Shown piece after piece: positions 1 to 11,983 of a stretch of DNA of 64,000 bases (positions are counted from its first letter, which is position 1; each line of letters starts with the position of its first letter). Made by a program: the position numbers and the translations under genes. The stretch lies in contig NW_024704742.1 in assembly GCF_018977255.1 (NCBI RefSeq), positions 6,636,001 through 6,700,000 of the forward strand, read 5' to 3'. Under the pieces are notes generated by a model, which saw only the letters and a program-made list of their open reading frames with translations, ran no database searches and was not told the DNA's origin. The DNA is from Callorhinchus milii. Its lineage: Eukaryota.

Positions 1-354
1 TTTATGGCTGAAGCCATACTAAGCTGAAGAGAATGAATGAATGTTTAAGTCATAAGAACAATGTTTCCCATTGTACCTGCTGTCCAATTCATCATGTTGG
101 ACTCTCCTGCAGCAGTCTGTAGCATGCCCGCAGAAAACATTTAACAGCTGTAAATCAATGGTGGTCTTAAAGCAGTCTACATTGATCGAATTCGCAGAGC
201 TATTCTGTAGCTCACTCATCAATGAAGTCCACCAAGGCTGAGGAAATACTTTTTCCCTTGATTCAGATACTTTGCACGTCGCATGGGAAGAATTGGGTGT
301 GTCTCAGACTTGTAGGGATAACAAGAGTCAATTCATAAATAGACACAATAGATG

Positions 355-520
355 GGTGATAATTCCTTCAAAAAAAATTGGTCACTCAATCCACAAGTGT
401 TTGTGGGACACTGCTGTGTGCAATGGCTGCCATGTTTCGCCCACAAAATATACAGTTAATTCACTTTACAGTATATTCTTGAAAAGGTGCTATATCAAAT
501 GCAAGAATAATTATTATTAT
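355..520 (+). mobile_element. SINE family A, 3' portion (Deu-type 3' half + tail)
   Basis: ggtcactcaatccac..gtttgtgggacactgctgtg..cccacaaaatatacag..atcaaatgcaag..ttattatt, matching fuller copies in this window. Confidence 0.85.
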
Positions 521-574
521 ATGCATTAAGATTTTGTCTCACTCAAAATCTTAATGCATATAATAATGGGTAGG

Positions 575-803
575 ATCCCCATTCACCCTGGAGCTGGATG
601 TCCCCACACTTGGGCTTCACCCAAGCCTTGGGGGACCCTCAAGTGTGCATTGGGTTTTAAACAGCTAAAACTGCACACCTTGCTATTAAGAGCACTGCCT
701 GGCAATCTTACTGCAGCTTGTCCAGCTAGGACCGTCCTACCCATTAGGGCTTTGCCTTGCAAAGGTTAACAGGAGCTGAGTGAGAAGTATCCCTGCCTTC
801 AGT
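575..803 (-). repeat. Old interspersed repeat family X (unnamed), fragment
   Basis: Reverse complement (cttctcactcagctcctgttaacc..gcaaagccctaatgggtagg..ggacaagc..ttgccaggcagtgc..aaaaccca..gggtcccccaagg) aligns by eye to 33650-33925 and 34661-34766. Confidence 0.7.
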
Positions 804-1429
804 ATCCAATGGAACAAAATAATAACAATAGCATCCATTTTCCCACTTTTAGTGTATTCCTTCCTTAGACTCACTGAGGAGGAATTTTTCCTGGGTCCAG
901 ATTTACGAGGTGTAACATTTCAAAGTCTCCAAACCATCTGATTGACTAGGAGTAGTGCCTGAGGTACATCCTGAGCTGTTGCTGGAGAATAATGTTGTAT
1001 AACTGCAGCAGATACCATCTTCAGGCGAAAACAAAGGAGCGTATATATCATATCTTCTTTTACACCCTGAAACCCTACAGAATTCCTGATTTACTTTAAC
1101 AAAATGCATTGAACTTTACAGCACAAAAGGAGGCCAATTTGGTGCAACGTGCCATTTTATTCTTTTTCTTCAAATTCAATGTCCTTTGAATTATTTTGTT
1201 ATATGGGAACTGCACGTAATTTCGAGCTTTGTATTTGAAAGGGTTTGACGGACATTCAAATACACAACCTTTTTAATTCAATCACTGCAGTTCCCAATTC
1301 GACATCGATGTGCATGCTGATTAAATAAGTATCAGGAAGTGATGGCAGCAGCATTTTCTGCGCACATTACATAAATATTAAATCTTAAAAATATAAAATA
1401 TTAAAAACATTAAATCTATACTCTAAAGT

Positions 1430-1755
1430 ATAGTCACTGTGGATATTTTTGTTGGTGAATGCAGCAGCCATGGAATGAATGACCAATTTTATTTTGGGGT
1501 TGTGTTGGTAAGACACTCCCATTTTTTCTTAAAATTGTACCAGGGGATCTTTAACAGCAATCTGCCAGGCAACCGGGACCTCAGTTTAATATCTCATCAG
1601 AAAAGACAGCACCTCCAGCAGACCATGCAGTATACCCACACACTGTAATGGAGTGTCAGCTTATTCTGCATGGGTTCCAAACCCCACGTGGAACTTGAAC
1701 CCACAGCCTACTGGCTCAGTAGAGAGAGTGCTATTTACTGAGCCAGGCTGACACA
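1430..1755 (-). mobile_element. SacSINE1-like Deu-SINE (family B), tail missing
   Basis: Minus strand reads gtgtcagcctggctcagtaaatagcactctc..gtgggttcaagtt (A/B boxes) then the Deu-type body, as in 42259-42690. Confidence 0.8.
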
Positions 1756-4684
1756 CAATGAACCTGGCTGACACGCGTGAGCTGATACACGTTGGCATGC
1801 ACGAATTGTGCAGGAAGCACCATCAGAGGTGACCCGACAGTCTGAAAGTCAGCTGATTTTCAGCGCTCCATTTTAACATGGCGGTGTGAGCTGATGTACC
1901 AGATAACCACGATATAACAAGGCTTCAGTTGTATATTGTTTCTTTGGAGAGAGTTTTTAAGAGAGCAATAAGGATAACTCCAGGAAAGTGTTCATCTGAA
2001 GACTTGACAAGGCTCTACCACAATACTATTATTATTCTTTAGACCTTCGACAGTATTTGAAATAGAATGGGTGTATGACTGACTGCCTAGGTACAGGCAA
2101 ACATTGTAAATTAATGCCTCTGTCTATCTTATATACTGGATTTGAAAAACTAATCACTGTCTCCGAATTGCATTTTAATTCAATGCAATGTAATGTATCC
2201 AATTGGGCTCTGTGGACACATATACATAAGTTATTAAAACTGTTTCTGACAGAAGATAAAGTAAGCAGAAAGCATGAAAAGTAAATTCAGAGTTGTTATT
2301 CACGTGAGCTATCGAATTATATTTCGAGCAGTTTCCAGAAACGTCCCCATATCCACTGCGTTTCCTGGAATTTTCATGTACATGTATTTTGTGTTTGCAG
2401 GGATGAAAATGACAAATTAAAGAATTCGCCAGTTTCTGCCCAATTATAATGAATTCTAAATGGCTTCGAAAATGTATCAAGGAGTGGTGAGCAACAATCT
2501 ACTTAAAGCATGCTCTCAATTTCACACCACCCTATGGATGGCAAGGACTGTGAGAAGACTCAAGAGACAGCTCAAAATGGAAGAATTCCTTTCCGTTGGC
2601 ATGCAAGGTGAGCTGATCACATATCAAATGGATACGCTCAGTGAACTCTGTTTTGTCTACAGAGGAATAATTTATTAAGAATACCAGTACCAATACNTTT
2701 TTGCCTACAAAGATGCCTATCAATACATGTTTTTCCCCCGGCTCTGAGTCATGCTCCGCAACTGTCAAGCGCTCTGGGATGCTACCCTGTGTGAGGGGCA
2801 CTATATAATTGCAAGCTGTTGTTGTTGTACAAATACACAGACACTACAGTCGCTAAAATCCTTCTTTGAGGTGTGGCAAGCAACTATATCAAAAGCAAGA
2901 ATGCTTTTGATATTAGTTGATATTAGTTATTTTGTGTATGAATGTGTTTTTCTTGAGTATTTTAAGTCATAACTTTTTGTTTGTGTTTCATGAAAACATA
3001 TAGTTTTCAGTAGGAAAAGGTAATTTCCCCTTTTTGATGGTTTTCAAACCCAGCTACCTACCATCTCAGCAAATCCCTCAATCTCTCATCTTCCAGAAAC
3101 TCATCTAGATGCTTCTTTCTTCATGAATGTTGACTATATTGTGTAAAAATCTCCTTCAGTATTTTATTCCAATTATTATTCTTGACATAAAACGCACTAT
3201 CTGACTTTTTACTCCTAATCCTCTTTTGCAACTTGTGATCCCTGTTGTTTTAAATTTTGCTTGCATTTTTTTTTCAGGGTTTAACAGCATTTGAGCATAA
3301 AATTGAATGGTCAACTTTCTTTTCAACAGAATTACAAAATACACAGTCACCACACTTTACAATAAATCCTGTAAAGCACTTTGAGACGACTTCCTGACGT
3401 GAAAGGTGCTATATCAAGGATATATTCTGCAATTATAATGAGTCCCTTTTGTTTACCACTTAAAATACCAGTAATCAATTCAATGTTCAGCCTACATATG
3501 CGTAGCCTGCACTACTTTGGTTCATAGAAGGACTATTGGCCACTCTTTGGAGGTGGGAGTCATAGTCAAAGGGAAAATCATCATCCATGCAGCTGGCCAT
3601 CCATTGACGTCTTTGTACACCTTTATGGTGCAAATTCGAGATGCTCCATAGAAGAAAAATGCTTCTAGATGTACACAGGTTCAGTTTTTCAATTTATGAA
3701 ACACATCATTGAAGTAGAATCCTCAGCTAATGGTGTACAATATTTTGCTGATAGCAAAAAAAGTTTTCTCTCTCTCATTAAGGGAGTTCTTGTTTTTCAT
3801 TGGTCTGTTGAGATACTCGATTCCATACATAGCCTCCAGAAATTGCCGATCTATCCTTTGAATATGGGGCAGCTCTACTTAAAACCTATCACTAAATTTT
3901 AATGAAATCTCCCAGCCAGGAATAGACATATTCATGCTGATTAGCTTGCCTGTGAAGAATGATCCACAGATAGCAAATATGTCAGCACACTGTCATAGCT
4001 GAAACATAAGTGAGGGAAGAGAGGTTGACCCGAAGGCCATGATTGCTTGCAATTTAACTTTACGAGCCATATGTATAAACAGAAGACAATTGCCAAAAGA
4101 CACAGTGACCCATTTGTCAGGCCAAATTTCAATTGAACATTGCGGAGGATTTGGCATTCTACCCTCTACTACATTAGAATTTGTAAAGTTGAAATCTAAA
4201 ACTAAGCCCAGAGTTCCAGAGGCATCTACATACCTTTCACTCTGGGATCCACCCCAATGCCATTCCTTTAAGTGTTTTCTCCTTCAGTTACCCCAGGCTG
4301 GGTAGCTCTGGACTGGCTGCATCTGTGTTAGCTGATAGAAACATTACGCAACTCTTGATTGATAAGACGTCTATGAAGCTCATGCATGTCGCGCATTACG
4401 TAATGTCAGATTACAAAGATTACTACCTCACAACAACTCTTGTTCTGCAGCCCCCAAACACACACTCACCTACACTTACTTTACAATATATCCTGTGAAG
4501 TACTTTGAGATGCCTTGAGGACATGATAAGGGGCTACATCAAATCCAGGATTATTATTTATTTATTATCCAAACCAAACTACTGGGGCTTCCCCATATTT
4601 ATGGCAGTTTTCTTTTATCTAGAATGAAGCGCTCATGCTCTCCAGTGATTTTGGAGTATTCCAGATTTTTGGAATACTGTAGTA

Positions 4685-4878
4685 CAGTGGGATCTTTAAA
4701 GTCCACCTGATCAGGCAGCTGGAATCTCGGTTTAACGTCTCGTCCTAAGAATGGCGCCTCCAACAAGGTGGACAAGTGTCAGCCAAGACTATGTGAGTTC
4801 AAAGTCCTGACACAGGGCTTGAACCCACAATCTTCTGACTCAACCTTCGGAGGGATCGCAACTGAGTCAGGCTGACAC
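4685..4878 (-). mobile_element. Deu-SINE family B, 5' half
   Basis: Same head (gtgtcagcctgactcagttg..gtgggttcaagccc) and acgttaaaccgag motif as 42259-42690. Confidence 0.8.
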
Positions 4879-6650
4879 GCAAAACGCTGACACACATCAT
4901 GTGCATTTTGATATACTACGATTACTTTCTTTAAATACTCTTTAAAGACAGACCACCCAAGTTTTGCATTCTCTTATAAGCCCTTCTCTTTTATTTTGCC
5001 TTGATTCACCTTGCCTTCTGCGCCTTATGTGGAAAGAAAGCGAATCGACTCAACATCCTATTCCAGAAGGAATTCGGAAAACAAAGTCAATCCAACCGAC
5101 ACTGTAGCAAAGCGAGTTCCTTTCAATTTTCCAACATTTTTCCTGCAATCAAGTTATTAGTTAAAAAAATGCTCCGCACTTTCTATAACATCAACCTCAT
5201 CCTGTGGATATATAAAACACGGAGAGTGGCATTTTATATGTTATTATTCCTGAATCCTAAAAACGCGGAGGAAATTCAAGAATCTCATTCTTGAGGACGG
5301 CAAATGAAATATGTTTGTTGGCTCAGAGTTAGGGAGGAAACACGGCTCTGAAATGCGTTTAAATAACTAGCAGTGTGCCTCAAACGCTGCTCACATCAGG
5401 CTGCTCACGGTACAGATATTTCCCAGGAAACGTTCTCAACCCATTTGAAACAATGGCTATGTTGTAAATTTTCTTGCCACTTAAATAGCTTTCCTGGCAC
5501 AGGACGCAGATATTTGAAACCACTTTTTGTTTGCCAAAACTGTTTTTTTGTGAAAAAAAAAGAACCTGCCCATTTTAACTTGCCAAATGAGGTAATAATT
5601 GTGCTCATGCATATTAACACATGACATCATTGGTTTAACAGGAATTAATGAGCAGCTATAAACATACATTTGCTCCTTTCTTTTTAATTCGTTGAAAGAA
5701 CAAAAACAAATACAATAAAAAAAATCGTTTTTTGGAAGCAAAAAAAAAGTTTCATTTGTAATTCAAACCACATGGCTTCGGGTTTATAAGTGTTCTGAAT
5801 GAGTGGGTAAATTCATAGTACCTGCGTGAATTTAATACACATCTCCCCTGGGCTCTAGCCAAGCAGGTGGCGGTCTGTCTCCACGTGGTTTGAATCATGG
5901 TGGAATGCTGACCTCCTGAGTCTTGTACAAGCCCTTGAGTAAAGGAACGGGTGAAGTGCAGCAGGCAGAGTGGTTTGCAATGATCTCTTGACTAGCAATT
6001 ACGTTGTGATTTTTGAAAAAATAAATGCTTTGCGAGTTTATTATCTGTAATTTGAGACTGATGCAGAACGGATTGGAGATGCTCCCTCCTTCTGTTGTTC
6101 ATTGTATGTGTAGGAATGCCTGCATCATGTTTAAGAGTCCGAGGGAGAGGGTAGAGAAGGGATCACAATTGGTGTTATAAGAGCAAAACTGAGAGGTGCG
6201 TTTAGAAATATTTTCCTTTTCATACAAAAATGCTTGAACTGCTCAAAGCTGTGATTGAAACATTACTGGCAGTTTCACTGGGAATAAGTTAGAAGTGGTT
6301 TCAATGCATCAACTCCCCAGGGTGCTCAAACATTAACAAGTTCTAGTTATTGACATTCTTCTGGTTATTGGTCACTCTGGGATCTTACTGTGAACAGAGC
6401 CAAGAAAAGTGCCAACAATGAGTTCTGTGGAACAGGAGCAAATGCAAACAATTGGTCTGTCGGGACTGTCCTGCTTGTGAGTCTCGAGGAGAAAGTAGAG
6501 GCAGGAAGTCTGGAGCAGGGAATGATAAGGTTCATGCTGATGAGGGAGGAGAGATCTCAAACAATAAAAATGATCAGGGATAGTATATGAGACGATGCTT
6601 TGCTATTCAACTTTAGGATTATGATCACGAGAGAGATCTGAAGAGCTATT

Positions 6651-6831
6651 ATAATAATAATATAATAATAATCCTTGTATTTGATATAGCGCTTTTCACG
6701 TCGGGAGGACGCCCCAAAGCGCTTCACAAGAACACACTGTAAAGTGAATTGACTGTATATTTGTGGGCGAACGCGGCAGCCAATTGCACACAGCAGTGTC
6801 CCACAAACAGTCGTGGATTGAAAGACCAAAT
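6651..6831 (-). mobile_element. SINE family A with young-type tail, 5'-truncated
   Basis: Close match to the 3' half of 43214-43533 including the (TTA)n tail. Confidence 0.9.
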
Positions 6832-7419
6832 TTGAAAGTTAATATAGATTCTTTCTCAACTACACTCCCAGCACAGCATTCAAAAGCCTAACCATTCCAT
6901 ACGCAAACAAATCTCCCTCCTAACCTCCCCATTTGCACTTTTGCTAGCTGTGCAGCAGCTTTATGGAACCTCACACTGAGAAAAGAGCCTCAGTATATAC
7001 AATATTTCTTCTCCATGGAACACCATGTCACACTGACCTGTGAGAAATCTGCTTCAAGGTGACGACTGCTCAGAGTGACATCTATCCTGTTCTCTGGAGG
7101 AGACGTACATTATATCCCGAGGTGTTTTTTCCAGTTGGTGCCAGCATTTACACTGCCATTTTTCCAACAAGTTCTTGTTCAACCATAATTTCTATTCACT
7201 ATTCAGGCTCGCATGAGAATAATTGACTATACTGTATATAATATATAATATATATATCGTATTGTATATTACTGTAGAATGTCAGCGGTTTCAAGAGAGG
7301 TATGCGTAGAAGATTGGGGGAAAGATCTTTGCATATGAGCACTGTACAAACTCACACTTTAAATTATTTAATTCAAGTGGGTAGAAATTTGAACTGCTCC
7401 TCAGGTGAGCAATATAAGC

Positions 7420-7830
7420 AATAACAATCCTTGCATTAAATATTGTGCCTTTCATTTTGGGAGGATATCTCAGTCTGTTTCACAGGATGTTCTGTGAAGA
7501 GTGTGTCTTCTCTGGGTGAGTACGGCAGCAAACACGTGCACAGCAATGTCTCACAAATAATCATGAAGTGAATGACCTATTTTATTTGGGGAATTGTTGA
7601 CCAGGACACTAGGAGAAATTCCCTTCTCATTTCGAACGATGTCACCTGAACAGGCAGACGGGACCTCGGTTTAAATGTCTTACCCAAAGAATGTCATCTC
7701 TAATAGCACACTCCGAAATGCTACTTACGTGAACGGCGCTATCTAAATGCAAGTTGTTGTTGATGCACTGAATTGGAGTATCAGCCTGGACTATGTGAGG
7801 TCAAAGTCCTGAGAGTTCTGAACCCACGAC
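7420..7830 (-). mobile_element. Deu-SINE family B, degenerate
   Basis: Tail atccttgcatt, body tgttgaccaggacact..gggacctcggtttaa, head fragment gaacccacgacc. Confidence 0.75.
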
Positions 7831-7938
7831 CTTCGTCAGAACAGGTCGTGGACCTGAACCGTTGACTCACTTTCCTTTCTCCATAGATGCTGCCTGACCT
7901 GCTGAGTGTTCCCAGCGACTTCTGTTTTTGTCTCTGGA
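7825..7938 (+). mobile_element. Penelope-like element terminal fragment with short inverted 5' piece
   Basis: aggtcgtggacctgaaccgttgactc..agatgctgcctgacctgctgagtgttccc; same family as 34370-34547 and 55830-55937; PLE assignment from recalled chondrichthyan repeat and hammerhead-type motif. Confidence 0.65.
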
Positions 7939-8399
7939 ATGGAAGACTGCTTACGGTGCAATCAAATTATTGAAAAATAATAGTACTAAATTGAAAAGAA
8001 ACATGAGCTACCCAAAATGCAAAATAATAGGAAATTGACACTTACTTGTGGACAATGAACTTTAATGATACTTCAGTAAGTTGAATTATTTCCTCCCTAA
8101 AGTCAGAATGTGGTCTGTATTCTTGAACTATTCACTGTACGGTTTCACGTTTAGAATCCAACAAGTTAGCAGGTTGCATATTTTCTGTTTGACTGCAATT
8201 TAGTCTTACTGGATTTGACTTTTATTTTTGCTCGAAACATTGGGGTCTAATTTGTTGCTTTTGGTTAAAATATAATTTGTAAAAGGAGAATCATGTTAAA
8301 ATTCCACGTGCCCTATGGGAACTGCACTCCAGCAGCAGAATGGAAGTCCTTTGAGCTACAATGAGGTCCTTTTAGTTATCATTCAAATTCAGTCGATTT

Positions 8400-8625
8400 T
8401 AAACCGAGGAAGTCTACCACCTCCTTGCGTTTGGAGAATGAGATAAGGCTGGAGGGAGAATGTGAAGGTGGGTGGAGGAGATTGATAGTGGTGGAGAAGA
8501 GTAGCTTTGAGTTGCCTTTGGCCTCCTTTACTCCAATCTATTTCTCAATGGAACAGAAAGCTGATTTGGCTGAGGTGAGAGCGCAATGGTGGATGTCGAG
8601 GTGTTCCAGTCAGATCTGACAACTG
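8400..8625 (-). mobile_element. Old L2 LINE internal fragment
   Basis: Minus translation LTSAKSAF..EAKGNSKLLFSTTINLLHP parallels LASAKSSF..EAKNNPRLLFSTTTRLLRP of the 18574 copy. Confidence 0.75.
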
Positions 8626-8864
8626 AGCGCGTGGCCAGACTTTATTTACATGTGTTCGGCAGCACGAGCTGTGGATTTCAATCTTACATTAGGTGAGCCA
8701 GCCATTTTTTAAATTGTTTTAAATGGACTGAATATTAAATATTATTAAATAAACTGAATATTACAAAAAAAGACTGGCTTTTTCAGAAGAAATGGGTGGA
8801 GAATAAAGTATAAAAAAGATTTCTTTCTAATACCCTGCATGAAGCAGAAGGAAGAGATGTTAAC

Positions 8865-9140
8865 CCAGCTCCGGTCTGCCTGTTCAGGTGGTTGTTAAAG
8901 GTACCATGGTACTATTTGAAAAGCGGAGGGAGTTTCTCCTGATGTCCTGGTCAACAAATTTCCCAAATAAAATTGATCACTTACTCCATGGCTGTTTGTG
9001 GAATATTTCTGTGCGCAAACTATCTGCCGCTTTTCACCCTCAAAATACAGTCAATTCAGTTTACAGTATATCCTGTGAAGTGCTTTGAGATGTCTCGACA
9101 AAGTGATGGGGTACTCTATTAAATGCAAGGATTATTATTA
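8865..9140 (+). mobile_element. Deu-SINE family B, 3' two-thirds
   Basis: ccatggtactatttgaaaag..gggagtttctcctgatgtcctggtcaac..tail aaatgcaaggattattatt. Confidence 0.8.
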
Positions 9141-10784
9141 ATAAGGAAAACACGCATGACATCTATGCCTTGACCTCTATGGACACCATACAAATGTGGG
9201 ATTATGATAAAATCCCTTCTGATCGTGTGACTGAAATTACCCTTCTCCAAATATAATTGCCAGCTAAAGCTAAACCAATATGGTTAGGCGAATTTAACAA
9301 ATTATTGACAATCCTTTTTTCTGATTTCAGTAAAAACAAACTGCGTGTGGCCTTTAATTTAGTTTAACTTATAAAATACGTGATTGAACGGCCGGAGGCA
9401 TACACATTTCTAATAAGGAATTGTGTGTGCAATCTACATAAATCATGTTTCAACCATCATTTGATCCAAGGAGAACATTTCTTGGCAAAGTTTGTAGGAT
9501 GTAAGTCCATTATGCTCTCATTGTGACTGGAGATTTTGATTTTTAAAGCCGACAGTAGTACAAAATGGATTTTTGATCTTATTTCTTTAATTCTCGACAA
9601 TATAATTTTTTTCCAATTATTCCATTATTGGCACAAGTAAAATATTCCTGCAGCAAACAAAAAAAAAGCAACAATTTAATTTCCCTCATTCTTAAATCCT
9701 TACACACTAAAATCAAGGCTCATCACATTGTTTCTTTATAATAATAATCCTTGCATTTTATATACCACCTGATCACGTCATTGAGACCTCTCAAATCGCT
9801 TCACAGAATATACTGTAAAGTGAATTGAATTCTTTGCCCCATTCCTCCTTTCTTAGAATGTCAAGACAGTAAAATTACTTACCTTCAGTCTTTATCCTAG
9901 AATCTACTACAAGCTTAATGTTTTAAAAATGAAACACTCGTTGACTTATCTTGTTTTCTCTCCCACTCTTCTCAAACCTGGCAGTGGTAGGGATTAGAGA
10001 AGTATGGGAGAGGGAGGGAGCAGAGGATTCAGGGGGGTGGACGTTAAACAGTGGAGTATAAACAGCCCCATGGACTGACTAGATGGACCAAATGACCAGT
10101 TCCTGTAATGTAGAGTGTATGTAATTCTCTGTGTCCTTTACTGTGGTCCTTACCTAATTTTCCGCAAATTGTGCAGGTTTGGCCAATGATCTCAAAAACT
10201 AATAAGAAAACTATGATATGGAAAGTACAGGCAGGGTAACAGATAATGTCCAGTTCCAGGCTCATCATCCTGACCATTTCTAAATTGCTTCATAATGTTT
10301 GGCCTTGTTATTCAAATATTTATTTCTTTATAGCTGAATAGTCTTGCGGTAACCAATATCCATTTGTCAATTTTTTTCACAACAAAGTGGAATAAAACTG
10401 GCCAACTCTATCTTTTCCCCTTTTCTCCGTGCTCAAGATGAGAATCTGTCAGAATCTTGCTCAGGCAATAGACTTTCTTAAGAGTTGTCTATTGGGAAGC
10501 AGAACTCTCAAACAGGAAACTCTTTACATATCTACATCGTTCTGATTCTTTAATTGCTGTGCGCAACTGTGTGACTGCCGCGTTTCACCCACAAAATATA
10601 CAGTCAATCCACTTTACCGTTTATCCTGTGAAGCACTTTGAGGCATCTCGACGATGTAATAAGGCGCCATATCAAATGCAAGGATTATTATTATTATTCC
10701 TATTATTATTCCTGCACATTAGTATTATTAACTGCTTCCCTACTGGAGTTTAATTTATAATATTAATTATTATAATTAATGATA

Positions 10785-11010
10785 ATAATAAATAACTGCA
10801 TTTGATATTGCAGCATATCACAAAACCTCTTAAAGCATTTCCAGGATATGTAAGAGTATATTTGTAGGTAAATGTGGCAAACAATTTGCACACAGCAATA
10901 TCCCACAATCAGCCATGAAGTGAGTGACCAATTTTTTGGGGGGTGGGGAAGTGCTGGCGAGGTCACGGGAAGAAACTCCCTTCTCTTTTTGAATAGTGCC
11001 ACTGGATCAA
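10785..11010 (-). mobile_element. Deu-SINE family B, 3' portion
   Basis: cccacaatcagccatgaagtgagtgaccaa..gggaagaaactcccttctctttttgaatagtgcc. Confidence 0.75.
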
Positions 11011-11059
11011 GCTTATACCTGACTTATCTGCCTGTTAGATATTATATCATCCACACTGT

Positions 11060-11170
11060 GACTACAATAGCAGATTAGAGGCTAAGTACTTTGTAAAGAG
11101 TGTCTCACCAACCAACTCTTCAAAGCCTCTCTACCATCTACAAAACTCACGTCAGGAGTGTGATGGAACG
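11060..11170 (+). mobile_element. Non-LTR retrotransposon ORF2 C-terminal fragment (CR1/L2 group)
   Basis: Translation QSLSTIYKTHVRSVME resembles the post-RT LYxxxVRPxLEY motif of CR1/L2-group LINEs. Confidence 0.55.
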
Positions 11171-11620
11171 TAATAATATGTATACTTGCACCTTATCATG
11201 TCATCACGTCGGCTCAAAGCACTTTACAGGATTTACTGTGGAGCGCAGCGATTGTATTTGTAGGCGAAAGCAACAGATTTACGTACAGCAGTATCCCGCT
11301 AACAGTCATGAAGTGAGTGACAAATTTGTATCTGGGGGCTTGTTGGCCATTACTCAACTGGATAATTTAATTAAAATAAGTCAGCACCAACCAGGAGAAA
11401 ACGGTTCACTTAATAATCAGTATTCCAATCACTCAAATCAAGGTTCACTTCCTCTCTCACTGATAGTGTGTGTGTGTATTAACTATAGAACTCACTTCAA
11501 CAATTCACCAACCATCCACCTTTTGACCTTCACCATCCAGGAGAATAAAAACAGTGGCATCGTAGTGGTAGAAGTCAACTCATGTGGTGAACAAACACTG
11601 GCACGGATGAGTTATAATGT

Positions 11621-11983
11621 ATAATAATAATCCTTGCATTTGATATAGCGCCATATCATGTCGTTGAGAGGTCTCAAAGCGCTTCGCAGAATATACTGTC
11701 GAGTGAATTGCTGTGTATTTTGTGGGCAAAACGCGGCAGCCAATTGCGCACAGCAGCGTCCCACAAACAGTCTTGGATTGAATGACCAAATTATTATTAT
11801 TTTTTTGAAGGGATTATTATCCCAGAAAAGCAATCCGCCAATTGACTAACCATCGAGTTCCTACTTACTGGTAGATAAACAGAATCGTGTGGATTAAGAA
11901 AACTTGCCCAACATTTCGCCCTGCCCAGGAATCAAACCCAGGTCTTTCGCTTGCGAGGCGAGTGCTCTAACCACTGAGGTACA
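11621..11983 (-). mobile_element. SINE family A, older long form, full length
   Basis: tRNA-like head (cctcagtggttagagcactcgcctcgcaagcgaaagacctgggtttgattcc), CORE-like ttgggcaagtt.. segment, Deu-type 3' half, (TTA)n tail. Confidence 0.9.

Noticed and set aside
77..1074. Two minus-strand exon-like ORFs (907-1074 and 77-237) as a spliced gene
   Set aside because: Donor phase (2) and acceptor phase (0) do not match, pyrimidine tracts are weak and the peptides are unrecognised.
2401..2608. Plus-strand segment with good acceptor (tttgcag) and donor (AAG|gtgagc)
   Set aside because: All three frames close within the first 50 nt; no support beyond splice-like motifs.
2697..2697. Single ambiguous base (n)
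   Set aside because: Assembly ambiguity with no biological meaning.
3780..3900. Faint resemblance of GLLRYSIPYI to mononegaviral L-protein GHP region
   Set aside because: The key GHP residues are absent, frames are stop-ridden and no other polymerase motifs occur.
5010..5143. Minus-strand exon-like segment (ttgcag|..AAG|gtgaat)
   Set aside because: Stops in all three frames; cannot be supported as coding.
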